This document shows positions 28,754 to 38,309 of a stretch of 64,000 nt of DNA, one piece after another. The notes under the pieces were generated by a model that did no database searches, was not told where the DNA came from, and saw nothing but the letters and a program-made list of their open reading frames with translations. Numbering within the stretch: position 1 is the stretch's first letter; each line of letters begins with the position of its first letter. The DNA is from Tabrizicola sp. (GTDB taxonomy: Bacteria; Pseudomonadota; Alphaproteobacteria; Rhodobacterales; Rhodobacteraceae): NCBI RefSeq assembly GCF_016792905.1, contig NZ_JAEULP010000049.1, positions 11,338 through 75,337 of the forward strand, given 5' to 3'. The translations under genes were made by a program, and so were the position numbers.

Positions 28754-30199
28754 TCAGCTTTCGATCCGGGTGTTCTCGCCGAGGCCGCCGGAACTGGCGG
28801 GCGGGACAAGATCGGTTGTTGCCCAGACCGCCTCGACCACGGCGCCGGAGCGCTCCGGCCGGTTCTCCGGCGCGAGGAACGGGTCGGTCGCATTGGCAAA
28901 GGACAGATCGGCGCCCGACCGCTCCAGCAGCGTCTTCGCGATGAACAGGCCAAGGCCCATGCCTTCGTAGCCGGGGCGTTTCTCGGCCTCCGTGTCGGCC
29001 CGCCGCGCGCGCACGAACGGGTCGCCGATCCTTCCGATCACGCTGGGGGGGAAGCCCTCGCCGTCATCGGTGATGCGGACGATGATGCGGCGCGAGGTCC
29101 ATTCTCCCTCGATCCAGATGGTCGAGCGGGCGAAGTCCACCGCGTTCTGCACCAGGTTTCGCAGGCCGTGGATGATCTCCGGGCGGCGCAGGATGGTGGG
29201 CTGGAAGTCTTCGCCGTCCTGTACCGGGACGAAGGAGAACTCCACCCGTTTGCCTCGCGCCAGGTGCGGTTCGGCAGCTTCGCGCAGGACGGCAGACAGG
29301 GGGGCCTGGCGCAGGTGGAGGTCGTCCTTTCCGGCCCGCCCCATGTCGCGCAGGATGTCGCGGCAGCGGTCGGCCTGTTCCCGGATCAGTCGGGCGTCCT
29401 CCTGCAGCTCGGGCTGGCCGGCCAGTTCCTCGATCAGCTCGGCGCTGACCAGCTTGATGGTGGCCAAGGGTGTGCCCAGCTCATGCGCGGCGGCGGCGAC
29501 AACTCCGGCCAGGTCGGTGAGCTTCTGCTCGCGCGCCAGCGCCATCTGGGTGGCAAGCAGCGCCTCGGACATGTGGCGCATCTCGGTGGCCACGCGGCGG
29601 GAGTAGAGGCCGAGGAACAGGATGCCGATGACGATCGAGAGCCAGAAGCCGAAGGCGAAAAGCCGCGGGATGACAAGCTCGGAGCCGTCCGCAAAGCGCA
29701 GGGGCAGATACCAGAAGACCGCAGCCGAAACGGCAAGGATCGCCAGCGCCCCAAGGACCACGGTCGAGCGCAGGCGCAGCGTGCTGGCAGAAATGGTGAC
29801 GGGGGCCAGCACCAGGATCGCGAACGGGTTGGTCAGCCCGCCGGTCAGGAACAAAAGGAACGCCAGCTGGCCAAGGTCGAAGAGCAGGGTCAGGAAAGCC
29901 TCGGCCTCGCTCAGCCGCCTGTTTTGCGGGAACAGCATGGAGAGGACGAGGTTGGCGATCACCGAAAGCCCGATCGCCAACATGCAAAGGCCAAGCGGCA
30001 GTTGCAGCCCGTAGGCCTGGCTGGCAACGAGGATCGCGGCGACCTGGCCGGCGATCGCCATCCAGCGCAGCAGGATCAACGTGCGCAGTCGGACCATGTT
30101 TGCCCCGGCGTCATGGGCCGGACTACCGGGTGTCGCAGTGACCATTCTGTGAGCAGGCATCTTGCTGGACGGGTTGACCATTGTTACGGGTCGGCGCAT
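28754..30199 (-). CDS. regB: Redox-responsive sensor histidine kinase RegB/PrrB
   Basis: Polytopic N-terminus carrying the GGLTNPF (GGXXNPF) quinone-site heptapeptide. H-box is AAAHELGTPLATI, followed by a HATPase C-terminus. The start is uncertain (30199, 30181 or 30160). Confidence 0.85.
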   Translation of the reverse strand: MRRPVTMVNPSSKMPAHRMVTATPGSPAHDAGANMVRLRTLILLRWMAIAGQVAAILVASQAYGLQLPLGLCMLAIGLSVIANLVLSMLFPQNRRLSEAEAFLTLLFDLGQLAFLLFLTGGLTNPFAILVLAPVTISASTLRLRSTVVLGALAILAVSAAVFWYLPLRFADGSELVIPRLFAFGFWLSIVIGILFLGLYSRRVATEMRHMSEALLATQMALAREQKLTDLAGVVAAAAHELGTPLATIKLVSAELIEELAGQPELQEDARLIREQADRCRDILRDMGRAGKDDLHLRQAPLSAVLREAAEPHLARGKRVEFSFVPVQDGEDFQPTILRRPEIIHGLRNLVQNAVDFARSTIWIEGEWTSRRIIVRITDDGEGFPPSVIGRIGDPFVRARRADTEAEKRPGYEGMGLGLFIAKTLLERSGADLSFANATDPFLAPENRPERSGAVVEAVWATTDLVPPASSGGLGENTRIES

Positions 30200-30239
30200 C
30201 TGAGATCAATGCGGCCCGACAGGCCCCGGAGGTATCATC

Positions 30240-30866
30240 ATGACAAAGCTCTATGCCGGCGTGGCCGCTGCCGCCGTTGCCGCCTTTCTGGGCGCCTCGG
30301 CCTGGTATGTGCTGGCCAACCGCGGCGACGACGCCTTTGCCGAATGCCGCCAGGGCCAGGTCGCGGGCGGTGACATCGGCGGTCCGTTCACGCTGGTCGA
30401 TACCTCGGGCAAGACCGTGACCGACAAGGACGTGCTGACCAAACCGGCGCTGGTCTATTTCGGCTACACCTTCTGTCCCGACGTCTGCCCGCTGGACATG
30501 GCCCGCAATGTCGAGGCGGTGGACAAGCTGGACGCCATGGGCCTGGACGTGACTCCGGTCTTCATCACCATCGACCCTGACCGGGACACCTCCGAAGCGC
30601 TGGGTGACTATGCGGCCAACATGCATCCGAAGCTCGTCGCCCTCACCGGCAGCGCCGATCAGATCAAGACGGCCTCGCAGGCCTACAAGACCTTCTACAA
30701 GAAGCGCGAGACGGGGGACGAATACTATCTGATGGACCATTCGACCTTCACTTATCTGATGCTCCCCGGCGAAGGTTTCGTGGATTTCTTCCGCCGCGAG
30801 ATTACGTCGGACCAGATGGCGGAAAGCGTTGCTTGTTTTGTTAAGGCAGGCAAAGCTGCACAATGA
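30240..30866 (+). CDS. senC: SCO1/SenC/PrrC copper chaperone
   Basis: CPDVCP motif, a single N-terminal TM helix, a GGAGG RBS, and a position between regB and regA. Confidence 0.85.
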   Translation: MTKLYAGVAAAAVAAFLGASAWYVLANRGDDAFAECRQGQVAGGDIGGPFTLVDTSGKTVTDKDVLTKPALVYFGYTFCPDVCPLDMARNVEAVDKLDAMGLDVTPVFITIDPDRDTSEALGDYAANMHPKLVALTGSADQIKTASQAYKTFYKKRETGDEYYLMDHSTFTYLMLPGEGFVDFFRREITSDQMAESVACFVKAGKAAQ

Positions 30867-30895
30867 ATCCCCGCGGCTGAGACCAGGAAAGACGC

Positions 30896-31447
30896 ATGAC
30901 CGAAGACCTCACCGATCTGGGACCGGACCCGACCCTTCTGCTTGTCGACGATGACGAGCCTTTCCTGAAGCGGCTGGCGAAGGCGATGGAAAAGCGCGGC
31001 TTCCTGACGGAAACCGCGCAAAGCGTGGCGGAGGGTCGGGCCAAGGCGATTGCGCGTCCTCCGGCCTATGCGGTGGTAGACCTGCGGCTGGAAGATGGCA
31101 ACGGGCTTGAGGTGATCGAGACGCTGCGGGAAAAGCGGCCCTCGTGCCGGATTGTCGTGCTGACCGGCTATGGCGCGATTGCGACCGCCGTTGCGGCAGT
31201 CAAGATCGGCGCGGTCGACTATCTTTCCAAACCCGCAGATGCCAATGATGTGACCAATGCGCTCCTGGCAAAGGGTGGCAATCTGCCCGAGCCTTCGGAA
31301 AACCCGATGTCCGCCGACCGGGTCCGGTGGGAACATATCCAGCGTGTCTATGAAATGTGCGACCGCAATGTTTCGGAAACCGCGCGCCGCCTTTCTATGC
31401 ATCGCCGCACCCTGCAGCGCATTCTTGCTAAACGAAGCCCAAGATAG
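30896..31447 (+). CDS. regA: Global redox response regulator RegA/PrrA
   Basis: Receiver domain (LLLVDDDEPFLKRL) and the near-invariant HTH NVSETARRLSMHRRTLQRILAKRSPR. Confidence 0.95.
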   Translation: MTEDLTDLGPDPTLLLVDDDEPFLKRLAKAMEKRGFLTETAQSVAEGRAKAIARPPAYAVVDLRLEDGNGLEVIETLREKRPSCRIVVLTGYGAIATAVAAVKIGAVDYLSKPADANDVTNALLAKGGNLPEPSENPMSADRVRWEHIQRVYEMCDRNVSETARRLSMHRRTLQRILAKRSPR

Positions 31448-31517
31448 ATATCTATTGTTGCGCATATGACCTAATGGCCCTATTCAAGTCATGTCTTTAT
31501 CCGAGGGGGATCAGACA

Positions 31518-31832
31518 TTGAACATCGACTTGAATACGCTTTCCCTGAAAGAGCTGAAGGACCTGCAATCGCAGGTGGCAAAGGCGATTGCCGGGTTTGA
31601 AGATCGGCGCAAGCGCGAGGCGCTTGCGGAGCTGGAAGAAAAAGCCAAGGCGATGGGCTTTTCGCTGGCCGAGTTGACGGGGGTCCCGGCCGGACGCAAA
31701 CGCTCGCCTTCGGTGGCGAAATACGCAAATCCGGCAAATGCTGCCGATACCTGGTCGGGCCGCGGACGCAAGCCGCGCTGGTTTTCCGAGGCGCTTGCCA
31801 AGGGAAAGAAGCCGGACGACATGGCGATCTGA
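31518..31832 (+). CDS. hvrA: H-NS-family nucleoid protein (HvrA-like)
   Basis: C-terminal TWSGRGRKPRWF H-NS DNA-binding motif. I prefer a TTG start at 31518 (MNIDLNTLSLKELKDL, preceded by GAGGGGGA); the track ATG is at 31491. Confidence 0.75.
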   Translation: MNIDLNTLSLKELKDLQSQVAKAIAGFEDRRKREALAELEEKAKAMGFSLAELTGVPAGRKRSPSVAKYANPANAADTWSGRGRKPRWFSEALAKGKKPDDMAI

Positions 31833-31835
31833 GCG

Positions 31836-32711
31836 TCAGCTCTGCGATTTGAGCCATTTCAGGAATGCCCGGGCCACAGCACGCTTTGGCCCGGGCAAAG
31901 TCACGATGAAATAGGCCGGAAGCTTTTCGCGGCTTTCATGAACGATGCGCAACCGCCCTTCGGCGACATCGGATTCCAGAAGCGCGACACTTTCGACGAC
32001 AAGCCCCAGCCCCTGACGCGCCGCCGCGATGGCCAGTTCCTCGCCGCTGATGTCGGTGCGGCTTAGCGCATCGGGATCAAGCTCCAGTTGCCGCAGATAG
32101 GCGTCCTGCTCCGCCCAGGTCCGCGACAGGATCCAGTCCATCTCGCGCATTTCGTCGGCAGTCAGCCGCTCGCGGTCGCCGATCAGCGAGGGTGCGCCGG
32201 CAATCACCAGCCGGGCCGAGGCAAGATAGCTCGTCTCCACTCCCGGCCAGTCGCCGTTGCCATAGCGGATCGCCAGGTCCATCCGTTCACGGTGCAGGTC
32301 GACGACCTTGCTGTCCGGATGCAGAGACAGGCCAATGTCCGGCTGCCGTTCCCAGAAATCCTTCAGCCGCGGCATCAGCCATTGTGCTGCAAAGCTGGCG
32401 GTCAGCGTGATCCTGACCGGGCGATCCGCTTCACCCGCCCGCAGGGCCTCCAGCCCGCGCTGGAAGGCGCCGAACCCTTCGGCCAGCGCCTCGGCCAGCT
32501 GCTCGCCATCGACCGTCAGGCTGACGCCGCGCCCCTCGCGCTGCACCAGCGGACGGCCCAGCTGATCCTCCAGCGCGCGGACCTGCTGGGCCACGGCGGC
32601 ATGGGTCACGTTCAGCGCCCGCGCGGCCTGGCTGAAGTTCCGCAACTCTGCCGTTGCCGCGAAAGCCCGCAGCGCGGTCAGGGACGGGATACTGCGCCAG
32701 TCTGTCGCCAT
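31836..32711 (-). CDS. hvrB: LysR-family transcriptional regulator (HvrB-like)
   Basis: LTALRAFAATAELRNFSQAARALNVTHAAVAQQVRALE HTH. 291 aa. The symbol is assigned from synteny with regA-hvrA and ahcY. Confidence 0.75.
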   Translation of the reverse strand: MATDWRSIPSLTALRAFAATAELRNFSQAARALNVTHAAVAQQVRALEDQLGRPLVQREGRGVSLTVDGEQLAEALAEGFGAFQRGLEALRAGEADRPVRITLTASFAAQWLMPRLKDFWERQPDIGLSLHPDSKVVDLHRERMDLAIRYGNGDWPGVETSYLASARLVIAGAPSLIGDRERLTADEMREMDWILSRTWAEQDAYLRQLELDPDALSRTDISGEELAIAAARQGLGLVVESVALLESDVAEGRLRIVHESREKLPAYFIVTLPGPKRAVARAFLKWLKSQS

Positions 32712-32713
32712 AT

Positions 32714-32728
32714 GTTAGCCTGCCTAAC
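32714..32728. promoter_or_regulatory. LTTR-type box (inverted repeat GTTAG-N5-CTAAC containing T-N11-A) abutting the hvrB start
   Basis: gttagcctgcctaac is read directly, 3 nt upstream of the hvrB ATG, in the lower-GC divergent region. Confidence 0.4.
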
Positions 32729-32808
32729 AGTCAATCAGCCTTAATGAATCGTATCATGCCAAGGTTTATGGCAAAAGAGATCATCGAAAGCCGAAAAGGA
32801 GAAAGGCC

Positions 32809-32967
32809 ATGTTGAATATCTTCGCCGACGCGCTGATGATCGCGACCCGCTTCGGGCGCGCATCCGAGGACTACCTGCCGCGCCATTACCCGCGCCGGTC
32901 CCCGCGCGAGTTCCAGGACGACGCGGGCCTGCGCACCGCCGATCACCTGCGGCACACGGGGCGCTGA
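32809..32967 (+). CDS. Small ORF (52 aa), divergent from hvrB and below the ORF-track size cutoff
   Basis: An AAGGAGAAAGG RBS lies 3 nt before the ATG. Translation: [52 protein letters not shown]. Confidence 0.4.
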   Translation: MLNIFADALMIATRFGRASEDYLPRHYPRRSPREFQDDAGLRTADHLRHTGR

Positions 32968-32980
32968 TGCCCTGTCGCCG

Positions 32981-33571
32981 TCAGCAGGCGGCCAGCAGCC
33001 GCGCAACTGTCGAAACATAGTCCGTCCGCACCTCTGCGGGCGGACGAAGCCGTATTTCCAGCCGGTGAACCAGTTCCGGCACGGGCCGTCCGAACAGCTT
33101 GTCGGCCTCCGCCTCCCTGAACCCCGCGATCCGCACTGCCTCCAGCCAGGCCGAAACCTTGTCCGCCGCCTTGATCGCCTTCTTGATCGGCGCGGGCAGC
33201 ACCGCAGGCAGGCCAAAGCGCAGATGCACCGCCGCGGTCAGACGCCGGTCCAACTCGCCATAGCCGGGCCCCACGGCCGCCTTCACCGGGCTGATCATGT
33301 CGCCGATCACATATTCCGGCGCGTCATGCAGCACCGCCGCCAGCCGCCATTTCGCCGCGATGCCGGGATTGTCGCGGGCAAAGATCTCCTCGACCAGCAG
33401 CGAATGCTCGGCCACCGAATAGGGCCAGTCGCCCCGGGTCTGTCCGTTCCAGCGCGCCACGAAGGCCAGGCCATGCGCGATATCCTCGATCTCGATATCG
33501 ACCGGAGTGGGGTCCAGCAGGTCCAGCCTGCGGCCCGAGAGCATGCGTTGCCAGGCGCGGGGTTGTTTCAT
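32981..33571 (-). CDS. HD-domain phosphohydrolase (YfbR-like 5'-nucleotidase family)
   Basis: 196 aa with HSLLV...[17 protein letters not shown] motifs. Only the 3' third of track ORF 32981..35023 is real; the rest is antisense to ahcY. Confidence 0.7.
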   Translation of the reverse strand: MKQPRAWQRMLSGRRLDLLDPTPVDIEIEDIAHGLAFVARWNGQTRGDWPYSVAEHSLLVEEIFARDNPGIAAKWRLAAVLHDAPEYVIGDMISPVKAAVGPGYGELDRRLTAAVHLRFGLPAVLPAPIKKAIKAADKVSAWLEAVRIAGFREAEADKLFGRPVPELVHRLEIRLRPPAEVRTDYVSTVARLLAAC

Positions 33572-33646
33572 TTGGCGGCCTTTGTTGTCTGCGTCGGTGA
33601 TCAATGCTATCTGCCCGCGCAACCCAGGATCAAGGAGAGCGCCAAG

Positions 33647-35035
33647 ATGGCGAAGGATTACATCGTCAAGGACATCGCCCTGGCCGACTTCGGCCGCAAG
33701 GAGCTGACCATCGCCGAAACCGAAATGCCGGGCCTGATGGCCTGCCGCGAGGAGTTCGGCGCGTCGAAGCCGCTGAAAGGCGCGCGCATCGTCGGCTCGC
33801 TGCACATGACGATCCAGACCGCCGCGCTGATCGAAACCCTGGTTGCGCTTGGCGCCGACGTGCGTTGGGCCTCTTGCAACATCTTCTCGACCCAGGACCA
33901 CGCCGCCGCCGCGATCGCCGCCGCCGGTATTCCGGTCTTTGCCGTCAAGGGCCAGACCCTGACCGAGCATTGGGATTACCTTGACCGCTCGTTCCTGTTC
34001 CCCGAAGGCGCGAACATGATCCTGGACGATGGCGGCGATGCGACGCTGTACGTCCTTCTCGGCGCGCGGATGGAGGCGGGCGAGGATGTCCTCGCCGTGC
34101 CGCAATCCGAGGAAGAAGAAGTCATCAAGCTGCAAATCCAGAAGCGGATGAAACAGTCGCCGGGCTGGTTCGCCAAGACCAAGGCCGCGATCCAGGGCGT
34201 GTCGGAAGAAACCACCACGGGCGTCCACCGCCTGTATGACCTGCACAAGCGGGGCCAGCTCCCGTTCCCGGCGATCAACGTCAATGACTCTGTGACGAAG
34301 TCGAAGTTCGACAACAAATACGGCTGCAAGGAATCGCTGGTCGACGGCATCCGCCGCGCCACCGACACGATGATGGCCGGCAAGGTCGCGGTTGTCTGCG
34401 GCTATGGTGACGTGGGCAAGGGCTCGGCGGCCTCGCTGCGCGGCGCTGGCGCCCGGGTGAAGGTGACGGAAGTCGACCCGATCTGCGCGCTGCAAGCCGC
34501 GATGGACGGCTATGAAGTCACCCTCCTGGAAGACGAGGTCGCCAGCGCCGACATCTTCATCACGACGACCGGCAACCGTGACGTCATCCGCATCGAGCAC
34601 CTGCGCGAGATGAAGGACATGGCCATCGTCGGCAACATCGGTCACTTCGACAACGAGATCCAGGTCGCCGCGCTCCGCAACCACAAATGGACCAACATCA
34701 AGGACCAGGTGGACATGGTGGAGATGCCCTCGGGCAGCCGCATCATCCTCCTGTCCGAAGGCCGCCTGCTGAACCTTGGCAACGCCACCGGCCACCCCAG
34801 CTTCGTGATGTCGGCCAGCTTCACCAACCAGGTGCTGGCGCAGATCGAGCTGTGGACCAAGGGCAAGGACTATGCGCCGGGCGTCTACATCCTGCCGAAG
34901 GCGCTGGACGAAAAGGTCGCGCGGCTGCACCTGAAGAAGATCGGCGTGAAGCTGACCGAACTGCGCAAGGAGCAGGCCGATTACATCGGCGTCAAAGTCG
35001 ACGGCCCGTTCAAGTCGGACCACTACCGTTATTGA
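33647..35035 (+). CDS. ahcY: Adenosylhomocysteinase
   Basis: [19 protein letters not shown]..., NAD site [13 protein letters not shown]-terminal DHYRY, and an AAGGAGAG RBS. Confidence 0.95.
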   Translation: MAKDYIVKDIALADFGRKELTIAETEMPGLMACREEFGASKPLKGARIVGSLHMTIQTAALIETLVALGADVRWASCNIFSTQDHAAAAIAAAGIPVFAVKGQTLTEHWDYLDRSFLFPEGANMILDDGGDATLYVLLGARMEAGEDVLAVPQSEEEEVIKLQIQKRMKQSPGWFAKTKAAIQGVSEETTTGVHRLYDLHKRGQLPFPAINVNDSVTKSKFDNKYGCKESLVDGIRRATDTMMAGKVAVVCGYGDVGKGSAASLRGAGARVKVTEVDPICALQAAMDGYEVTLLEDEVASADIFITTTGNRDVIRIEHLREMKDMAIVGNIGHFDNEIQVAALRNHKWTNIKDQVDMVEMPSGSRIILLSEGRLLNLGNATGHPSFVMSASFTNQVLAQIELWTKGKDYAPGVYILPKALDEKVARLHLKKIGVKLTELRKEQADYIGVKVDGPFKSDHYRY

Positions 35036-35053
35036 TTCGCGATCCGGCCCGGG

Positions 35054-35088
35054 GTCAGACGACGAAAGTCAGACGACGAAAGTCAGAC
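35054..35088. repeat. 2.5 tandem copies of the 14-mer GTCAGACGACGAAA
   Basis: Read directly. The last partial copy supplies the stop codon of the GT2 gene (35083-35085). Confidence 0.8.
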
Positions 35089-36267
35089 CTGGGCCGGTTC
35101 GCCTTCGGGCGACTTGGCCTCGACCGGAGCTTTCTGGGTCAGAAGCCCCCAGAGAAACCCGTTCGTCACCGACTGCATCCCCAGTGCCGCCAGCACCGCG
35201 ACCAGCGAGGCCGTGCGGGTGATCGTTCCCGCCTCCAGCGGGCCGAACCCGCGTGAGGCCCAGAAGCCCACGGACGCAACCGTGGCAAGGAACGCCATCA
35301 GCAGGAAGACCGCGCCGATCTGGCAGGCGGTATCGACCGACAGTTTCGCACGCAAACGCTCGAACCGGGGCGAGGTTGGCAGCAGGCCCATCCGCACCGC
35401 GAACAACCGCGCGAGGGCATGGAACCAGACCAGCTGGAACCCGGTCATGATGAAGGTCGCGGCAAAGATCAGCGTGCCGGTGTCCAGCGTCACCCCGCCC
35501 AGCGTCACCGGCGCGAACAGGAGCGGCAGGAACAGCGCCCCGCCCAGCGCCAGCAGCGCAAGGCCGGGATACAGGAAGATCGAGAACGGCGCGAAGGTCA
35601 GAAGCAGCTTCAGATGCCGCCAGCCATCCCGCCACGACCGCAGATGCGGCGGGCGCGACCGGCCGTCGGGTGACAGGGTTGTCGGAACCTCGGCAATGTT
35701 CAGCCCGGCTAGCGAGGCTTTCATCACCATTTCCGACGCGAACTCCATCCCCGGGCTGGTCAGCCCAAGCTTCAGAACGGCGGCACGCGAAAAGCCCCGC
35801 AGGCCGCAGTGGAAGTCGCCGACCGGCGTCCGGTACAGCACCCGACCGATGGTCGACAGGACCGGGTTGCCCAGATAGCGGTGCAGCGCAGGCATGGCGC
35901 CCTTGGCGATCCCGCCCTTGAAGCGGTTGCCCATGACCAGATCGGCCCCACCGCGCAGGCGGCTGACAAACCCGTCGAGCTGCGAGAAGTCATAGCTGTC
36001 GTCGCTGTCGCCCATGATCACGAACCGGCCCCGCGCCGCCGCGATCCCGGCACCCAGCGCCGCGCCATAGCCGCGCTGCGCCACCGGCACCACCACCGCG
36101 CCCAGCACCTGCGCAATCGCCTGGCTGCCATCGGTCGAGCCGTTGTCGGCCACGATGATCTCGCCCTTGATGCCGGACGTCTCCAGATATCCCCGCGCCT
36201 TTTCGATGCAGACGCCCAGCGTCTCCGCCTCGTTCAGGCAGGGCATCAGGATGGAAAGCTCGATCAT
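35083..36267 (-). CDS. Family-2 glycosyltransferase with a C-terminal membrane domain (GtrB/ArnC-like polyprenyl-phosphate sugar synthase)
   Basis: LSILMPCLNEAETL...ADNGSTDGS...GDSDDSYD (DXD) and about 4 C-terminal TM helices. 394 aa. Confidence 0.8.
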   Translation of the reverse strand: MIELSILMPCLNEAETLGVCIEKARGYLETSGIKGEIIVADNGSTDGSQAIAQVLGAVVVPVAQRGYGAALGAGIAAARGRFVIMGDSDDSYDFSQLDGFVSRLRGGADLVMGNRFKGGIAKGAMPALHRYLGNPVLSTIGRVLYRTPVGDFHCGLRGFSRAAVLKLGLTSPGMEFASEMVMKASLAGLNIAEVPTTLSPDGRSRPPHLRSWRDGWRHLKLLLTFAPFSIFLYPGLALLALGGALFLPLLFAPVTLGGVTLDTGTLIFAATFIMTGFQLVWFHALARLFAVRMGLLPTSPRFERLRAKLSVDTACQIGAVFLLMAFLATVASVGFWASRGFGPLEAGTITRTASLVAVLAALGMQSVTNGFLWGLLTQKAPVEAKSPEGEPAQV

Positions 36268-36485
36268 CGGGGATCCTTCGGGTCAATCGCGCGGGTAGCT
36301 GGCCGTTGCGAAGATTGAAGCCTGCAACTGTGCCCAAATTGGGGCGTGGAGCGGCTGCAAACTTGACGCCAAAGGCCAGAGGTCATGGAAGCGGAGGAAT
36401 TTCGTCACAGTCTTGACTGTTTCCGGAATAACAGATGATCCCAAGACAGGCGGCCATCGAAACATGAACACGGAAACAGCGTGAC

Positions 36486-38309
36486 GTGCAGTCCGACGTG
36501 ATATCCCGACCCGAATCGCGGTCGCCAATCCTCTGGTGGATCTGCCTCGCCGGTGTTGCGCTGGTGGCCCTGACGGCGCTGCGCAGCCTGCCACAGATTG
36601 CCGATCTGCTGGTTGATGCCGATGGCGACGACCAGATGCGCCTGGTCGAGGTGCGCGACTGGCTGGCCGGGCAGTCCTGGTTCGATACCCACCAGTATCG
36701 CGTGCTCCCCCCTGACGGCATTTCCATGCACTGGTCGCGCTATGTCGACGCCGGTATCGCAACTGTTCTCCTTGCGGCTTCGACCATGCTCGCCGCACCG
36801 CAGGCCGAGCTTGCGACAGTGATCCTGTGGCCCAGCCTTCTGGCCTGCGGGATGGTTCTCCTCCACGCCCATGGCGCGAACCGCCTTCTGGGTCCGGCCG
36901 GTGCCCTGGGGGCGCCGGCGGTCTTTCTAAGCTGGAGCAAGCTCGGCGGAGAGTTCGTTCCGCCACGGATTGACCACCACAACGTCCAGATGCTCTGCGG
37001 TACAGCGCTGTTCTACCTGTCCGTCGTGCCCGGGCGAGCGCGGCTTGCGGGGGCGATTGCCGGTGTGGTGACGGCCTTCTCCCTGGCCGTCGGACTGGAG
37101 ATGCTGCCCTATCTGGCGACGATCTGGGGCCTGATGGCGCTGCGCCATGCCTTCGGCGAAGACCGGACCGGCGACTGGCTCTTGGGTTTCGGAGCGGCGA
37201 TCACCCCGGCCGCGCCCCTGCTGATGGCGGGCCAGACACCGATGGCAGACTGGGGCGTCGGGCATTGCGATGTCCTGGCCCCGCCCGTGCTGACCCTGGG
37301 CGCCGTCGGGGTCGTGGCAACGCTGGTGCCGGTCCTGGCCGAGCGCGTCATTTCCAGCCCGGTTTCCCGCATCGTGACCATGGTGGTGATCACCTGCGTC
37401 GGGCTGTGGCTTGCCTCTCCGCTGCTCGTGCCCTGCCTGGCCGGTCCCTACTCCAACTTACCGCCAGCGGTCCGCAAGATCATCGAGACGAACGTGGTCG
37501 AGGCTTTGCCGGCCTCGAAACTGGTCTGGTCCAATCCCGCCCTGCTGGCCCGTGTCCTTCTGCCGCCGGTCGTGATTGCGACACTGGCAGTGGCGGCCTT
37601 CTGGCGCTTGCGAAAGCGGTTGTCACCGATGCAGGCAAAGGCCCTTTTGCAGGCATTCGTGGTCGTGGGGGTCGGGCTTGGCTTTGCCCTTGCACAGATC
37701 CGCGCAGCCAACCTGATGACCCCCGCGGTGCCGTTGCTGGGCGGCTTTCTGGTCTGGGCCTTCACCCTGATCCCGCGCGCCAGCCTGTGGCGCATTCCGG
37801 CTGTTCTCGTGCTCCTGCTTGCCCTGCCCGCCGTTGTCGAACACGGTGCGAAGGCGCTTCCCGGCAGGTCGGTGGCAGGCGGCGGCAAGGGGGTTTCAGG
37901 GCCCGGAACAGAGCCGCTTCAGACCTGCCGGACCGAACCCGCCATGGCCGAGATCGCCAGCCTGCCGAAATCTCTTATCTTCTCGACCCTGAACCTCGGT
38001 CCCACGATCCTTGCCTACACCCCGCATTCCGTTACCTCGGCGACGTATCACCGCAGCCCGGACGCCATATGGAACGGGCTTGGCGCCTTCGAAACCCTGG
38101 ACGCGTTGCATCAGGCGCTTGTCCGCTCGGGGGCGGACTATCTGGTTCTGTGCGTCGGGGGCGCGGTCGAACAGGCTAACCCGGACATCCGCGCGCTGAT
38201 GTCGGGCAGCCCGCCCGGCTGGCTGGTCGACGTGACCGCCGGTCGCACCCTGGTGCGGGTGTTCCAGGTGGGGAAAGCCTCGCTTCCCCGGGCGGGCGCC
38301 ACGCCATGA
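36486..38309 (+). CDS. Large polytopic membrane protein, candidate GT-C-type glycosyltransferase (GtrC/ArnT-like role)
   Basis: 607 aa with at least 10 predicted TM helices. It has an acidic first loop (VDADGDDQMRLVEVRDW) and a C-terminal soluble domain of about 150 aa. Its stop overlaps the gtrA-like ATG as ATGA. Confidence 0.55.
   Translation: MQSDVISRPESRSPILWWICLAGVALVALTALRSLPQIADLLVDADGDDQMRLVEVRDWLAGQSWFDTHQYRVLPPDGISMHWSRYVDAGIATVLLAASTMLAAPQAELATVILWPSLLACGMVLLHAHGANRLLGPAGALGAPAVFLSWSKLGGEFVPPRIDHHNVQMLCGTALFYLSVVPGRARLAGAIAGVVTAFSLAVGLEMLPYLATIWGLMALRHAFGEDRTGDWLLGFGAAITPAAPLLMAGQTPMADWGVGHCDVLAPPVLTLGAVGVVATLVPVLAERVISSPVSRIVTMVVITCVGLWLASPLLVPCLAGPYSNLPPAVRKIIETNVVEALPASKLVWSNPALLARVLLPPVVIATLAVAAFWRLRKRLSPMQAKALLQAFVVVGVGLGFALAQIRAANLMTPAVPLLGGFLVWAFTLIPRASLWRIPAVLVLLLALPAVVEHGAKALPGRSVAGGGKGVSGPGTEPLQTCRTEPAMAEIASLPKSLIFSTLNLGPTILAYTPHSVTSATYHRSPDAIWNGLGAFETLDALHQALVRSGADYLVLCVGGAVEQANPDIRALMSGSPPGWLVDVTAGRTLVRVFQVGKASLPRAGATP

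Noticed and set aside
33572-33646. Possible SAH riboswitch upstream of ahcY
   Set aside because: The leader is only 75 nt, and by eye I could not find the conserved SAH-riboswitch pseudoknot elements. From memory, regulation by HvrB is the documented mechanism in the related R. capsulatus locus. A cmsearch run would settle the question.
32981-35023. A 680-aa minus-strand ORF spanning the ahcY region
   Set aside because: Only its last 196 codons (the HD hydrolase, from the ATG at 33571) look like a protein. The upstream part is antisense to the unambiguous ahcY gene.
35054-35088. CRISPR-like array
   Set aside because: It has only 2.5 contiguous 14-bp units, no spacers and no cas genes. It is a simple tandem repeat.
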